Assembly (NCBI GenBank): GCA_031276875.1 | Contig: JAISMG010000028.1 | Coordinates: 11,465 to 75,464, forward strand | Reading direction: 5' to 3' | Origin: Candidatus Peribacteria bacterium | GTDB lineage: Bacteria > Patescibacteriota > Gracilibacteria > Absconditabacterales > Absconditicoccaceae | Length of the DNA: 64,000 bases | Part shown: positions 25,572 through 37,275 of the stretch, piece after piece | Layout: every line of letters starts with the position of its first letter | Position numbering within the stretch: the stretch's first letter is position 1 | Position numbers and translations under genes: made by a program | Notes under the pieces: generated by a model | The model's input: the letters and a program-made list of their open reading frames with translations, nothing else | The model's database searches: none | What the model was told of the DNA's origin: nothing

Positions 25572-26645
25572 ATGTACGCTCTTCTTATGATTGTAGTGAT
25601 TTCGCTCCTTGCACGAGGAGGACTCTTGCTCTTCAAAAAGCGAAACCTTTTAGATAAACCGGGAAATGACCTCAAAAATACCAGAAAACCTGTACCAACA
25701 TTGCAAGGCGTTTTCGTGTATCTGATTACGTTTGTAGTGCTTGCGATGTTTTATCCAGACTTTTTTTCCTCTTCGTTAATTCAGGGATTTTTAGCAGGAG
25801 GAAGTCTGATTGTCGTTGTTGAATTGTTCGCAGAATTGGAATATATGGGCAAATTGCAACGAAAAATCCCTCCACGGTTGAGATTTGTCGTACATATGGG
25901 AGCTGCACGGTTGGCACTACGAATGAGCGGGATTTCCGATTATGAATTTATTCTTTTTGAGCAGGTGTTTATTCTCCCAAATCGGCTACTGTATGTGGCG
26001 TTTTCGTTTCGAGCAGTATTTGTTATCAATGCGGTAAATTGGATTGATGGGATTTATTCACAAGGAAACGGGATTTTGACCATCGGATTTTTTACGATTT
26101 TTGCACTCATTCAATGGGTGGTGCTCAGACATTATACCGAGTTTACCAATCTGGAAACTCTGCTCCTCGTCAAACAGTTAGCGTTGATGTTGGCGGCAAT
26201 TTCTCTGGTGTATACGGTGATAGAATACAAACCGTTGGGGTTAATTCGTGATGTGGGAACGATGTTTCTGGCATTTGGACTGGCGTATTTATCAGTGGTA
26301 GGCTGAACGAAAATTGGGACGATTATTGTGGCGTTGTCGCTGGTGATTTTTGATGCGATTTGGGTGATTTGGTATAGGGTACGGATTTTGAAAAAATCCC
26401 CTATGAAAGGGGATTATACGCACATTCATCATCGTTTATTGGGATTAGGATGGTCGAGAAGTGAAGTGAGAGCGTTTGTCTGGATTTTTTCGTTGGTGAT
26501 GATGGTGTTGATGTTGATGCAAGGGGCAAATAGGTTGCATAAGCTGATTATTTTTTCGATGATGGCATTACTCTTTTTTGGGGTGAATACGTATCTCTTT
26601 CTGCATAAAAAAGTACCGTGTGGACTCAAGGAAAAGAAGGAATAA
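25572..26645 (+). CDS. WecA/TagO/MraY-family polyprenyl-phosphate sugar-phosphotransferase (divergent)
   Basis: Many TM helices, P.PTLQG, NAVNWIDG, RDVG, DYTHIHHRLL. Confidence 0.8.
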
Positions 26646-26746
26646 CTTACAATTATTTTCCAGCGGAATTTTCAATAGACTCTTTACCTTGCACTTTCCT
26701 CGCTTTTTCGTACAGTAATACCAGCATTTTATTTTTTCTCTTTGCA

Positions 26747-27232
26747 ATGGATATTTTTGGCATTATCATAGGAATTCTCCTCAGTCTCATAGGAATAGCA
26801 GGTTCCATTCTCCCCGGTATTCCTTGACCTCAACTTGGTTATCTTGCTCTCATCATCGTTCAATTTGTGCTAGGACATCCTTTTTCTTGGGGTTTTATCA
26901 TCCTTTGGGGAGTAATTAATGTAGGACTCATCATTGTAGATTACCTTTTACCGCTGCGATGAACCAAAACCTTTGGAGGAACAAGGCGAGGAACTACCGG
27001 ATGTATCTTGGGAATTATCATAGGACTTTTTGCAGGACCACTGGGTATACTAGTAGGACCCTTTTTGGGAGCATTTATAGGGGAATTTTTGTATCAAAAA
27101 GATGAAAAAAAGGCATTGAAAGCTGCTTGTGGTGCATTTTTGGGATTTGCTTCTGGTATCGTGATAAAATTGATAATCAGTGTTATAATGCTTGGCTATC
27201 TGCTTTCAGTGAGTATTCAGCATTTTATGTAA
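26747..27232 (+). CDS. DUF456-like membrane protein
   Basis: GSILPGIPGP..., FGGTK.G, GPFLGAFIGE. Confidence 0.8.
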
Positions 27233-27338
27233 GGAAGATTTCGTACAAGTATACGTTTTATTTTATCTTGAAACTCTTCCCTTTTTGCTTACACTACACT
27301 CAAAGAATATCTGCCTTTTAGTCTCTTATCTCCATTCA

Positions 27339-27542
27339 ATGCTCCAATTTATCAAAGACCTTTTCACCTATCCTTTTCAAAAAAATAAACAAGATAATAA
27401 AGTCCACACCTTATTTACCTCTCTTTTTAAGGATTTTCCTGCACTATTTTGGACACAACCTACCTTCAAAAAAATCTTTATTGTGCCTTTGCTCATTATT
27501 TATCATATCTTTAGTAAGAAAACTCCAAATAAACCGCACTAA
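27339..27542 (+). CDS. Small hypothetical protein
   Basis: Short ORF after a promoter-like sequence, upstream of dtd. Confidence 0.35.
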   Translation: MLQFIKDLFTYPFQKNKQDNKVHTLFTSLFKDFPALFWTQPTFKKIFIVPLLIIYHIFSKKTPNKPH

Positions 27543-27575
27543 ACGTCTGACTTTTATCCTCTTTTTTTTTCCTGA

Positions 27576-28019
27576 ATGCGTCTCATCATCCAATCCGTTC
27601 AGTCTGCCAGTGTACAGATTTGAACGCATCACAAGCATATTTGAAAAGGTATCGTTATTTATGTGGGTATCCATACTGATGACCTCACGAATTACCCAGA
27701 AAAAGTCGAAAAAATCGTCACCAAACTTCCCAACATCAAATTTCTAGTGGGAGCAGACGACGAAATTGGTGCTTCGTTAGAGGAAATAGAAGGTGAAGTG
27801 TTGCTGATTTCCAATTTTACCGTTTATGGCAGAAATCACAAAGGCACCAAAATGGATTTTGTACATTCTGCTCCTTTTCAACAAGCAAAACAGATTTATC
27901 TCTATTTGGTAGAAAAGGCTGAACAAGCCTGACGAAAACTGCAAACTGGTGAATTCTGAGCAGAAATGCTCGTGAAAAGTGAAAACCATTGACCACTCAC
28001 GTATGTATTTGATTATTAA
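27576..28019 (+). CDS. dtd: D-aminoacyl-tRNA deacylase
   Basis: MRLIIQ.V..ASV, ISNFT, GEFG(TGA)AEM, NHG(TGA)PLT Gly-cisPro motif. Confidence 0.92.
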
Positions 28020-28068
28020 GCATTATGTAGTTAATTATTAAAAATGAGAAATGGTAAGAGATGAACTA

Positions 28069-28860
28069 TTACGCTTTTTCTTCTTGAAAATACTTTTCGT
28101 AAAATTCTTTTACTTTGGTGAGTTGAGCAATAAGTTTTTCACGACTGACTAATTCTTGGGGCTTTAATTCCAATTTCACACTAACTGAACGGCTATATCA
28201 GCTTTTTTTTAATCTTTTGAGAAAGTTGACTAAATCTAATGCCCCTTCTCACGGTAATAAATGGGATTTCCCTTTTTTATCTTTGTCAGAAAAATAGAGA
28301 ACTGCTATATAAGGAGCGTAATCGTCAATTTTTCTCATCATTTCCTCTTCAAAGACATCTAAATCTAAATTGGTAATATCCAGTCCTACATAGGCATTAT
28401 ATTTTTTAACAATATCAATAATATTGCTAAAGCGAAACTCGGGAATAGGCAAAACAAAAAGTTTGCTGTCCAACGGATTGATAATAGCAAATTTGATATC
28501 AGGATTTTCTTTCTGATAGGTGGCTAAATTGTCGGAAATGAAATCATACACTTTAAATTCCGTAATTTTGGGAGGATTGATACAAATGGTGTCGGCTCCG
28601 GTCGCTGCACAGATATCTAACGCTTTATCCATTTCTCTTTGATTGAGTTTCGAGGAAGTTTGCACCGCATACACGGGTAAATCATAGTCAAAAGCGAGCT
28701 TCTGAACATAGGTCTCGTCCCAAGCATCAAAACCTTTCCACATCGCTAAATCAATCCCATCATAGCCGGCTTCTTTGGCAATTGCAAAGATTAAGTCCAA
28801 TCCATAATTGGGAAGTGTATCGGTACTGAGTAAAAGAGCATTTGTTTTGAACATACTCAT
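28069..28860 (-). CDS. Sugar-phosphate isomerase/epimerase-like TIM barrel
   Basis: AKEAGYDGIDL...HLLPGEGALD pattern. Confidence 0.7.
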
Positions 28861-29241
28861 ATTAGGGTTGAGAAATAAAACTTACTACTAAGTATAACAA
28901 TTTTTGGTAAAAAAAGCAAATTTTTGATGAGATTTTTACTATTATCTAAAAGAAACATTTGATTGATGACAGACTGAACCCCAATAGAAGGGAAGAATAA
29001 AGAAATTTCTCTCTTTCCCAGTATAAGAATATGTTGGTGGAAAATAAAACGAAAAATACTATTTGCCATCAACCTCAAGGGTCGAAGAAATCTTTTGATT
29101 ATAGTATCAAGTGAACAAAAATCAGAAGTTCAGCATCTACCATAGATATTTCATAGGTATTTTAACCGATTGTTTTCTTCATTTGGCTTTGAATATGAGG
29201 GACTCCTCCATTCAAAGCATTTTTCTTTTTTAAATTATCCC

Positions 29242-29288
29242 TTGCAATTGAAAAAAAAATTTGTATACTACACCTACCCCCTAGGTAG
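29242..29288 (+). promoter_or_regulatory. copA promoter with CsoR-type operator
   Basis: TTGCAA-N16-TATACT followed by CTACCCCCTAGGTAG (TAC..C-tract..GTA pseudo-palindrome). Confidence 0.55.
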
Positions 29289-29323
29289 TAATTTCAGCAT
29301 TTTATACCTTTTCCCTTATTGTT

Positions 29324-30139
29324 ATGCAAAAAACTTATCACATTGATGGAATGCATTGTGCTTCCTGTGCGACACTTATTCAAGGAGAAATGAAGGACAT
29401 TTCACAAATTACCTCCTGCGACATCAACCTCATCAATCACACCGCAACTCTTGATTTCGCAGATGATGAACTTCCCATTGACCAACTGAATAAACGCATT
29501 CAGCCTTTTGGATACACCTTTGAAGTTCCTACTTCCCCATCCTCTGAACAGACATTAACGAAAGCAAACAGCACGGAAAACCCCCTGCACGAAAAGGAAC
29601 TCTCAAAAACAAAAAGAGAAATGCGAATTGCAATTCCTTTCATTGTATTGTCTCTCTTTTTGATGTCACGAATGCTCGGAGCAGAATATGGAGTTTTGGG
29701 TATCCAAGCAATGCCGGAAGGAGTTCATTATTTTGCTACGAGACGATTGCTACCTCTCGCTGCTACCTTTATTATTTGCACTATCGGAAGGAAATATCTC
29801 AAAGCCGTACGAACGTACATTAGATACGGGAAAGCCACAATGGATACACTCGTAGGCATTGGAACGGGATTTGCGTATCTTTACAGCCTTTTTATCACGT
29901 TATTTGTCACAGGATTACTGTTTGACCTTATCCATTCCGCAGGGCTAGAACGCTTCTCACAATACCTTTCCCAGTATCTCGACCCCAATAGAGTATTTTA
30001 TGAAGCAGTCATCATCGTCATCGGATTCATCTCCATCGGAAAATATATGGAACAAAGAACTATGAGCAAAACCTGACAAGCCATCAAAGCATTAGTCAAT
30101 TTACAAGTAAAAAAGGCAAGAAAGCTGGTTGCATTTTAA
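29324..30139 (+). pseudogene. copA: Truncated P1B-type heavy-metal (Cu) ATPase: HMA domain and first TM helices only
   Basis: GMHCASC, TMDTLVGIG, FYEA, GKYME; stops at AIKALVNLQ..AR before the A, P and N domains. Confidence 0.85.
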
Positions 30140-30194
30140 CGAGGATTTTGTATGCTTCTTTTAAGAAGAGGTTTTATCCTTTTACCAGCTGAAA

Positions 30195-31355
30195 ATGAGC
30201 AAAAAAAAGCTGAGAATGCTTATGAGAGTTTGCAGTAATCTTGTAGTGCTTTTTAGTGTTGTAGTGTTTGCTGTAGCGTGCTACCACAAGTTTTCTTCTC
30301 CTGCGGAAAATGCGGAAATTGACTATCCTATTCCTGAAAATGCAGAAGTAGTGGTGGGGGATGTGGGACCTGTTAATTTTCCTAATGCAAACAAAACAAC
30401 ACAAGATGACGACGTGAAATTTGGTATTACTAATAGTGCAAGAGCTTTTTATCTTCCCAAAAACATTCATACAGACCATCCAGAATATTACGATTTGCTT
30501 ACCACAGACCGTAAACCAAACATTTTGAAACTCACACTAGGAAATGATGGAGAACACAAAGGAACTCCTATTATCAACGTTGAACTTCCTAATGAAGAAG
30601 AATATTTTAGAGCCAAAGCAATGTGGGAGTATTGAAATCAGCCAACAGAAGAAAGCAACATTTCGGAAGATACAGAAATCATCATAGATAATGCCAGATT
30701 GTTTAAAAGTTCTGAAAATGGAAAACAAATTACCACATTTGAACGAGATGTTGGAGTGATAATGATGAATAATAGTACCAAACAATTTTATTTGCCTAGA
30801 AATATTCAACACTACAACGAATACTATGATTTACTAAATTTTCCTAACGATATACTAAATATTTTGAAACTCACCATAGGCAAAAAAAACCATAAAGGAT
30901 TTCCAATTATTAAGGTAGAAGTACCTAATAGACAAGAACGTTTACAAGTGATAACCAATTTACTTTCATCAGAAAAAAATGCAGATGAAGACATTGACTA
31001 TTCTACTCCTGAGAATACGTGTGCAGAAATACTAGTAGATAATATATCTCTTCTTAATTTTCCTAATGAAGACCCAAAAACACAAGACGGCGATATTAAA
31101 ATTGCTATGGGAATAAGTGCAAGAGCTTTTTATCTTCCCAAAAACATTCATACAGACCATCCAGAATATTACGATTTGCTTACCGCAGACCGTAAACCAA
31201 ACATTTTGAAACTTACACTCGGGAATACAACAAATAAAGGCATTCCCATTATCAACGTTGAACTTCCTGACGAAACAAGCACCGCATATCTCAAGGTAAA
31301 AGAACGGCGAGAGTATTTTCAAGCACAAGAAGAATGAAAATTGGAACAGTCCTAA
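30195..31355 (+). CDS. Membrane-anchored protein with three ~110-aa repeats
   Basis: N-terminal hydrophobic segment; FYLP.NI...EYYDLL...NILKLT.G...G.PII.VE.P occurs three times; joined via TGA. Confidence 0.8.
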
Positions 31356-31396
31356 ACACAAACAGAATGAAGATAAACGCACAAAAACCACTCCAC

Positions 31397-32623
31397 TTAC
31401 TCTTTCTTTTCTTTCACCCATCCCACAATCACCTTTTGTTGAAACTCAATCAAATCAGAAAGCTGACGTAAAATTTCCGGATGAGCCTGCAAAAATTTGG
31501 TCAGCTCTTTCGCCTTTACCGTCATACTGAGTAAATCCCACAACTGCTGTTCCAACAAAAATTGTTTCAAGCCCTCGCTTTGGTCAGCTTTCGCTTTGTA
31601 TTCGTCTTTGTAATCCACTCTCAATTGTGCTTCATTCCCATACAAATATTTTCGCCCTTCGTCGCGGTGAGCTTGCACATATTCTTCGAGAAAGGTCTTG
31701 ATTTCCTGCATTTTCTCTTCCACCTCTTTTTTCTGAGCAGAAAGATGATAAAAGTTATCAATCAGCTTTTTGATACTCGTTTCTCCAATTTCCGTAATCA
31801 AAACTTCATCATCCTGAAATTTATGTTTCCAAAGAGGACAAAAAATCTGATATGCACATCGGCGACATTGCGTGCCTTCGGTCGGTTGGAAGGCTTCTTG
31901 ATTGCCCATATTGTACTCAAAAAGCGTCGTTTCGATAACCGCAATCTTTTCTTCAATCTTTTGAATGGTCTGTTGAAGCATTTCGTGGGTAATCTCTCGC
32001 GTGATTTCCTGCTGAAGACGCAAATAAATCAGCTTTCCTTCTACTTTCTTCGCAATATGAGCATACTGTTGCCCCACCCAAATCGCATAACTCGTCAACT
32101 GTTGCTGATAACTTTCTGCGAACGTGGAGAGAGGAGCGATAGATTTATCCGTCTTGTAATCGACGATAATCGCGGTATCACCTTTCAAATCCAGCCTATC
32201 AATAATCCCTCTAAATTTCGTCCCCTTGGGCAAATCAAAGATAATATTCTGCTCCAAACCGTTGATTTTCGTCTCCGTAAACGGAGTATAACGTTCGTAA
32301 TATCGGTTAATCATCTGTTGTCCTAAATGCATTCTCTCGTCAAATTCTTGCACAGGAAAAGGGGTTTCAGAAAGCTGATTGTATTCATCACGATAAGTTT
32401 GCATATGAGATTGGAAATAAATGATGAGGTCAGCTTTTTCTGGTGCTTTGCCACTATTTTGGATAGTTTTGTAGAGAAATTCAAGGGTAGAATGGAGAAT
32501 ACTCCCAAACTTCAATGCAGGGCTTTCGGCAACGTGAGGTTCGGGGATTTTGTCGAGGTATTTGTAGCGGTAGCGGAGTGGGCATTCGTCAAAGGTTTTG
32601 AGTTGGGAGTGGGAGTAGGGCAT
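31397..32623 (-). CDS. PD-(D/E)xK RecB/Cas4-like nuclease
   Basis: SHSQLKTFDECP, FGSILH, GIIDRLD..IVDYKT, QQLTSY, C..CAY..FCP. Confidence 0.88.
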   Translation of the reverse strand: MPYSHSQLKTFDECPLRYRYKYLDKIPEPHVAESPALKFGSILHSTLEFLYKTIQNSGKAPEKADLIIYFQSHMQTYRDEYNQLSETPFPVQEFDERMHLGQQMINRYYERYTPFTETKINGLEQNIIFDLPKGTKFRGIIDRLDLKGDTAIIVDYKTDKSIAPLSTFAESYQQQLTSYAIWVGQQYAHIAKKVEGKLIYLRLQQEITREITHEMLQQTIQKIEEKIAVIETTLFEYNMGNQEAFQPTEGTQCRRCAYQIFCPLWKHKFQDDEVLITEIGETSIKKLIDNFYHLSAQKKEVEEKMQEIKTFLEEYVQAHRDEGRKYLYGNEAQLRVDYKDEYKAKADQSEGLKQFLLEQQLWDLLSMTVKAKELTKFLQAHPEILRQLSDLIEFQQKVIVGWVKEKKE

Positions 32624-32727
32624 TTGGTAGAGAAAATAATAAATTGCATTTTTTATACGTATCTTTAAGAGGATTGCAACCAGCAATCAATTACTACGTA
32701 TGTTTATTGAGCAACCTCTCCTGTTTT

Positions 32728-32847
32728 CAACCCCTCCGTCCCGCAGAACTGCGGGACACCTCCCCTAACGGGGAGGAAAGTTTGCAGTGGGGTTATTCTC
32801 CCGTTAGGGGGAGAGGGAGCGAACGAAGTGAGCGGAAGAGGGGGTTG
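32728..32847. repeat. GC-rich nested palindromic element (RIME/CIR-like)
   Basis: caacccctc/gagggggttg outer stem; gtcccgcag/ctgcgggac hairpin; ctcccctaacggggag/ctcccgttagggggag arms. Confidence 0.75.
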
Positions 32848-32899
32848 ATGGAGGGCGGGTTTATATGGTGGGGATTTGGTGGGGATTTGGTGGGGAGAA

Positions 32900-34963
32900 T
32901 TAGATTCAGTCAAAAAAGTTTTTTATAATATATTTGTCAAATTCATCAAACTCACTATATCATAAAAAACGATCTATTCAAAGATCTGAGAATTGATTAA
33001 TAACTTCGCTTACTTGTATTTCATTATTCTCTAAATTTATTATTCATGAGTTTTGTATCTTTTTAGATAGCACACGAGGAAGTCCATATTCTTCTAGCAC
33101 ATAAACAATGGGGGGTAAGAAAAGATTGGATATTTTTACAATAAATGATTTTATTGAATCAGTCTTTCAAAAATAATAATTATATATTTCAGAAACATCA
33201 GAAAAAAATGGAGCTAATTGATTACTTATAAATTTTTCTATTTCAAAAACTTTATTTATGTATACTCAGTTTTGAGCTAAATCACTTAATATTTCCTTTA
33301 ATTCCTTACTTCGGTTATGTTGTGCGATTTTAATGTATATTTTTATATCTTCTAATTTTATCCCATCACGATTTCATGGCATTAAGAAGAATATCTTGCT
33401 GATTAACCATTCTCGATCATTATAGTCTTCATTGTTTAGATGCATCCATCCATTTCGTTGATTGGGGTTCTTATTCATGTCTTGTAGGATTTTTTTAATA
33501 TCAGATAGTGAGCAATATTGAATTTTATTGTTTCTTAAAAAATAGTTATATGTTTTTCAATTTCCTAATAGAGTATTGAGTTCTATATTCAAATCTATAA
33601 TCTTTTGTCTATGTTCCTGCGTAGAAGTTATGTTATTTCATTCTGAATATTCGTTTAATGCTACACTATCACTTATTTCAATATTTAATTGTGTTGAAGT
33701 ATCTTGTGGAGCTGATTTATCCAATAAATAGATTTCTCCAATGAAATATTTAAACATTCTTCATCCTCTACCGATAATGTTCTTATAAGTAAATTCTTTA
33801 ATATTAGATTTTCATAATTTAGATTTCCGAATAATTACATTCTTTGCAGAGGTATTCACTCATTCTATAATTGATGATGTAGATATAATATTTTGTAATC
33901 ATTCTTCTTCTTCAAAGAGTTTTATTTGTATTTGTGCAATTGATCTATGTAATCTTCAATTATGTAAACCAAATCATTTTTGTAATAGTTTTAGTAAATC
34001 TCGCGAATTTGTATAATTTTTTTCTAATCGATTTATAAAGGATCATATTAATCCACTATTTCTTGGAGCGATATTGTTTTTTGCTATAATTCATTCTAAT
34101 TCTGTAATTCAAGGAAAAGTTCCCGCATATATTAAGGTTTTTTCTGTGCTACCTTTAATAATTTTTGTAAAAATCTCGTTTTTATTTTCCTTTTGATTGG
34201 AATAATCATGAATATTTAGAAACACTGTTTGAAAATCCATCTTATTAACAATATCCATTCACTGTGTAATTGGATTATCTGAAATATTAGTAATATTCGG
34301 TGCTAAAAAGTATTTTTGACTAGATATTTTCCCTAGCTTTACAATTGCATTTTGTAGTTTCTCATATCTATCTTTATCATTATCCTTACTTACTTTATAA
34401 AATTCATCTACTACTAACAAACCAATGTTATTAAACTTTTCAAGATAAGCAAAGACTCTTTCTTGAGGGAAAATAAATATATTTTTTTCGGCTAATTCTT
34501 CTCAAATATTAGTAATTATCTTATATTGGTTTTTAAATTTACGATACATCTTTCTCCTCATTTCATCCATCAATGCTATCGTTGGAACTATTATTACTAC
34601 ACAATTCGGGCTCTTAATTGATAGAAATGTTTCGATAATAAATGTTTTACCAAAACTTGTAGGAGCACTAACAATAATATTTTTTCATTCAAGTATTTTT
34701 TTTAAAACATCTGATTGTTCTCTATGTAGAATTTGACCATCTCTTGTCATAAAAGCATTTTTCGCTAATTCATCTAACCAGTGAGCATTTTCACTCATAT
34801 AAGGATATAATCAAGTTAAACGTAAAAGGTGATTGATTAACTCTTCGTAATTTCTTTTTTCTGGATTACCTTCATTTTTTCATAAAAATTGAATTAGTTG
34901 ATTTCTTCAATCCTTTTGATTCGTTTCTATCAACTGATGAATTTCTGTAAGTTGTTCAAACAT
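32900..34963 (-). CDS. hamB: Hachiman helicase HamB (SF2, 687 aa)
   Basis: LHREQ, SAPTSFGKT, VPTIAL, VVDEFY, STSSIIEGVN, NIIGRGGRM, C-terminal LEEYGLP; open only with TGA=Gly; follows DUF1837-like gene. Confidence 0.85.
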
Positions 34964-34967
34964 TATA

Positions 34968-35891
34968 TTATGATGCCAGATAAAAATCTATATTCCCTAA
35001 GAAATTTTTCACTATTATTTCTTTCTCAGGAACTGGAATTAAAATAATGTGAAAGGTAATATGTTTATATCAATATATTGATTTTATTTTTACTATTTGT
35101 TTTTTAAAGTATGCATTAGCTCTTTCTATATGATATGTTTTAATAGCTTTTTTATAATCATCACTTAAACAAGTCTCTCATTGAGTTATCTCGCATTCAT
35201 GTAATAATAATATTGGTATGTGTAATTTTTTTCTTATATGATCTATGGAGCGTTTAGTGTTTAATTCTTCTTTTATTTTATCTATAACATTTTGACTCAA
35301 GCATAGTTTGTTAATATCATTTAATCAAGTAATAATGCTATTTTCTTTCTTTAGTTTATCCGTTTGTAACCCATTATAAACTGAAGTTATTATAGCAGAA
35401 AGTCTTACATTTTCTATTGAATTATAGAATTTTGCTTCTCAAAGCCATAATGTAAAATCATTTTCATCATTATTGACAATAATATGGACGCTATCTGCTC
35501 ATTTTGCATTATCTTGTGTATTTTGTTTATAAAAAATCTTTGGAACAATAGGTAATGCTCAATAAAAATCTTTCATAATTCAGTATAATAGTATTTCCGC
35601 AAGTTCACTTCCCTCAGAAGCTTGATCAGCATCAATACGTCTTAATTTTTTAGCTGATTCTATAAGCTGTGTATGTGGATTTCAAAATAATTTGTCTCTT
35701 TCATCGGCAGAAAGGGTAGTCTGAACAATACTATCCCGTATGTAATTATTAAAATTTTCATAATACCATTTCCCGTCTTCAAAATCGTTAATTAAACTTA
35801 AAATAAATTCTTTTTTGATATAATGAGAATTATCAGAGTCTAAATCAAATAGTAATTCATCGTTATATAATATTTCAAATGGTAATCACAT
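34968..35891 (-). CDS. hamA: Hachiman HamA (DUF1837-like nuclease, 307 aa)
   Basis: GSELAEILLY, IVPKIFYKQN..DNAKGADSVHI, LWLGEAKFY, LHIPILLLH; absent from ORF track. Confidence 0.87.
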
Positions 35892-35899
35892 GGTTTTGT

Positions 35900-37267
35900 T
35901 TACTTACTATTTAAAATCATCCCTTCCACTTCACTTCTCGCCCTCTCATACAATTCCCTCGCCTCACCCTCTAACAACTTCGCCTTTTCAATTCTCCTTT
36001 TCACTTCATTAGCAATTCTTTCTTGAATTTCAAAAGAAGGTAATGGGAGTCTGAAATTTTTAATTGTATCAATCGTGATATTCCCCTGAATAGCTCCGAT
36101 TTTTTCTTGTTCAATAAAATTTTGATTGAGCTTGTTATTCAACCAAATTTGTAAAAATTCTCTGTTGATTTCTGTACTTCCATTCAGAGCAAACTTAATC
36201 ATAAACGAACCAAATGCAAAACTATCATACTCTTTTGTAATCAATGCGACTATCCCAACACTTCAGCTTCTGGAAACAAGGAAATCACCCTCTTTTACAA
36301 AAGCATTTCAAATTTCTTTTCTTTTTTCTTCATCAAAATATACCATATCCTTTATATTGATACCGTATTTTGTAAGGTCTTTTATTCTTAAAAATGGGAT
36401 ACCCGAAGGGAAATAATCATTATTCAATGAAGCTCAATATCTGATGTCATTTATGAAATCATTAAGTTGTTTCACTTCATACTTTCCACCGTTCAACATC
36501 TCTTCCAACTTCAAAAACTTCGGATTGTTATAAAAACTATCAAATCTCTTCCCCTCTCCCAATTCGCTCAACTTTAAACTAAACACCTTCTTCTCTTCCA
36601 CTTCTTTCCACTCAATTCCTAACTCACCCAAAACAAATTCATCAATACTTTCCAATAACTCCTTCGCTTCAGCTTCTTTTTGTCGCTTTATTGCAAGGGC
36701 TTTGTCCATTTTTGCAACGATTTGCTGTTGAACTTCCAAAGGAGGAAGTGGGAGTTGTAATTGTTTCACCACATTTGCATTGAATTGTGGTTGTCATCAT
36801 CCTCAAACTAATTGTTTTGCTTGTTTCCAATACAAATTAGTATGAGTAAAATAAAAATAGTACTTAGGTAAGACAATACTCGTATCTAATTTAATTTTAA
36901 TCAAAAATCATCCATAAGTAGCTCTAAAGTTTTCATCAAAATACAAAGTTTTTCAATAAGTAGCTCAAGTTCTAGCAACTAAAATATCTCATTTATGTAA
37001 AATTGAAGAAGAAAATTCTAATTTTTCTTGCAAATATTTTAAATTGCTTTTTTTGAGTAGTCAAAATTCATCAATATCAGTAATCCTAATGTAAACTAAA
37101 TCTCCACTTTCTTGTGCTGTTTCTCATAATCAATACTGAAATTCTGCAATATCTCATAATTTTACAAATTTATAGGTACTAATAATCTCAAATCATCAAC
37201 TATAAAACTCTACATCAAACCTTTCCTTTATTTTCCCCTGACTCACAATAAAGACTTTACCTTGCAA
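35900..37267 (-). CDS. hsdS: Type I-like restriction specificity (S) subunit with two TRDs
   Basis: Two LPLPPLE.Q/LPLPSFEIQ conserved regions, GDILVARTGAT and GDFLVSRSGSVG; start uncertain (TTG). Confidence 0.85.
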
Positions 37268-37275
37268 ATCAGGGG

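Noticed and set aside
28900-29220. Gene upstream of copA
   Set aside because: Only short frames with no recognisable motif
31397-32623. cas4 of a CRISPR-Cas locus
   Set aside because: Stand-alone RecB-like nuclease with no cas1/cas2 or array nearby
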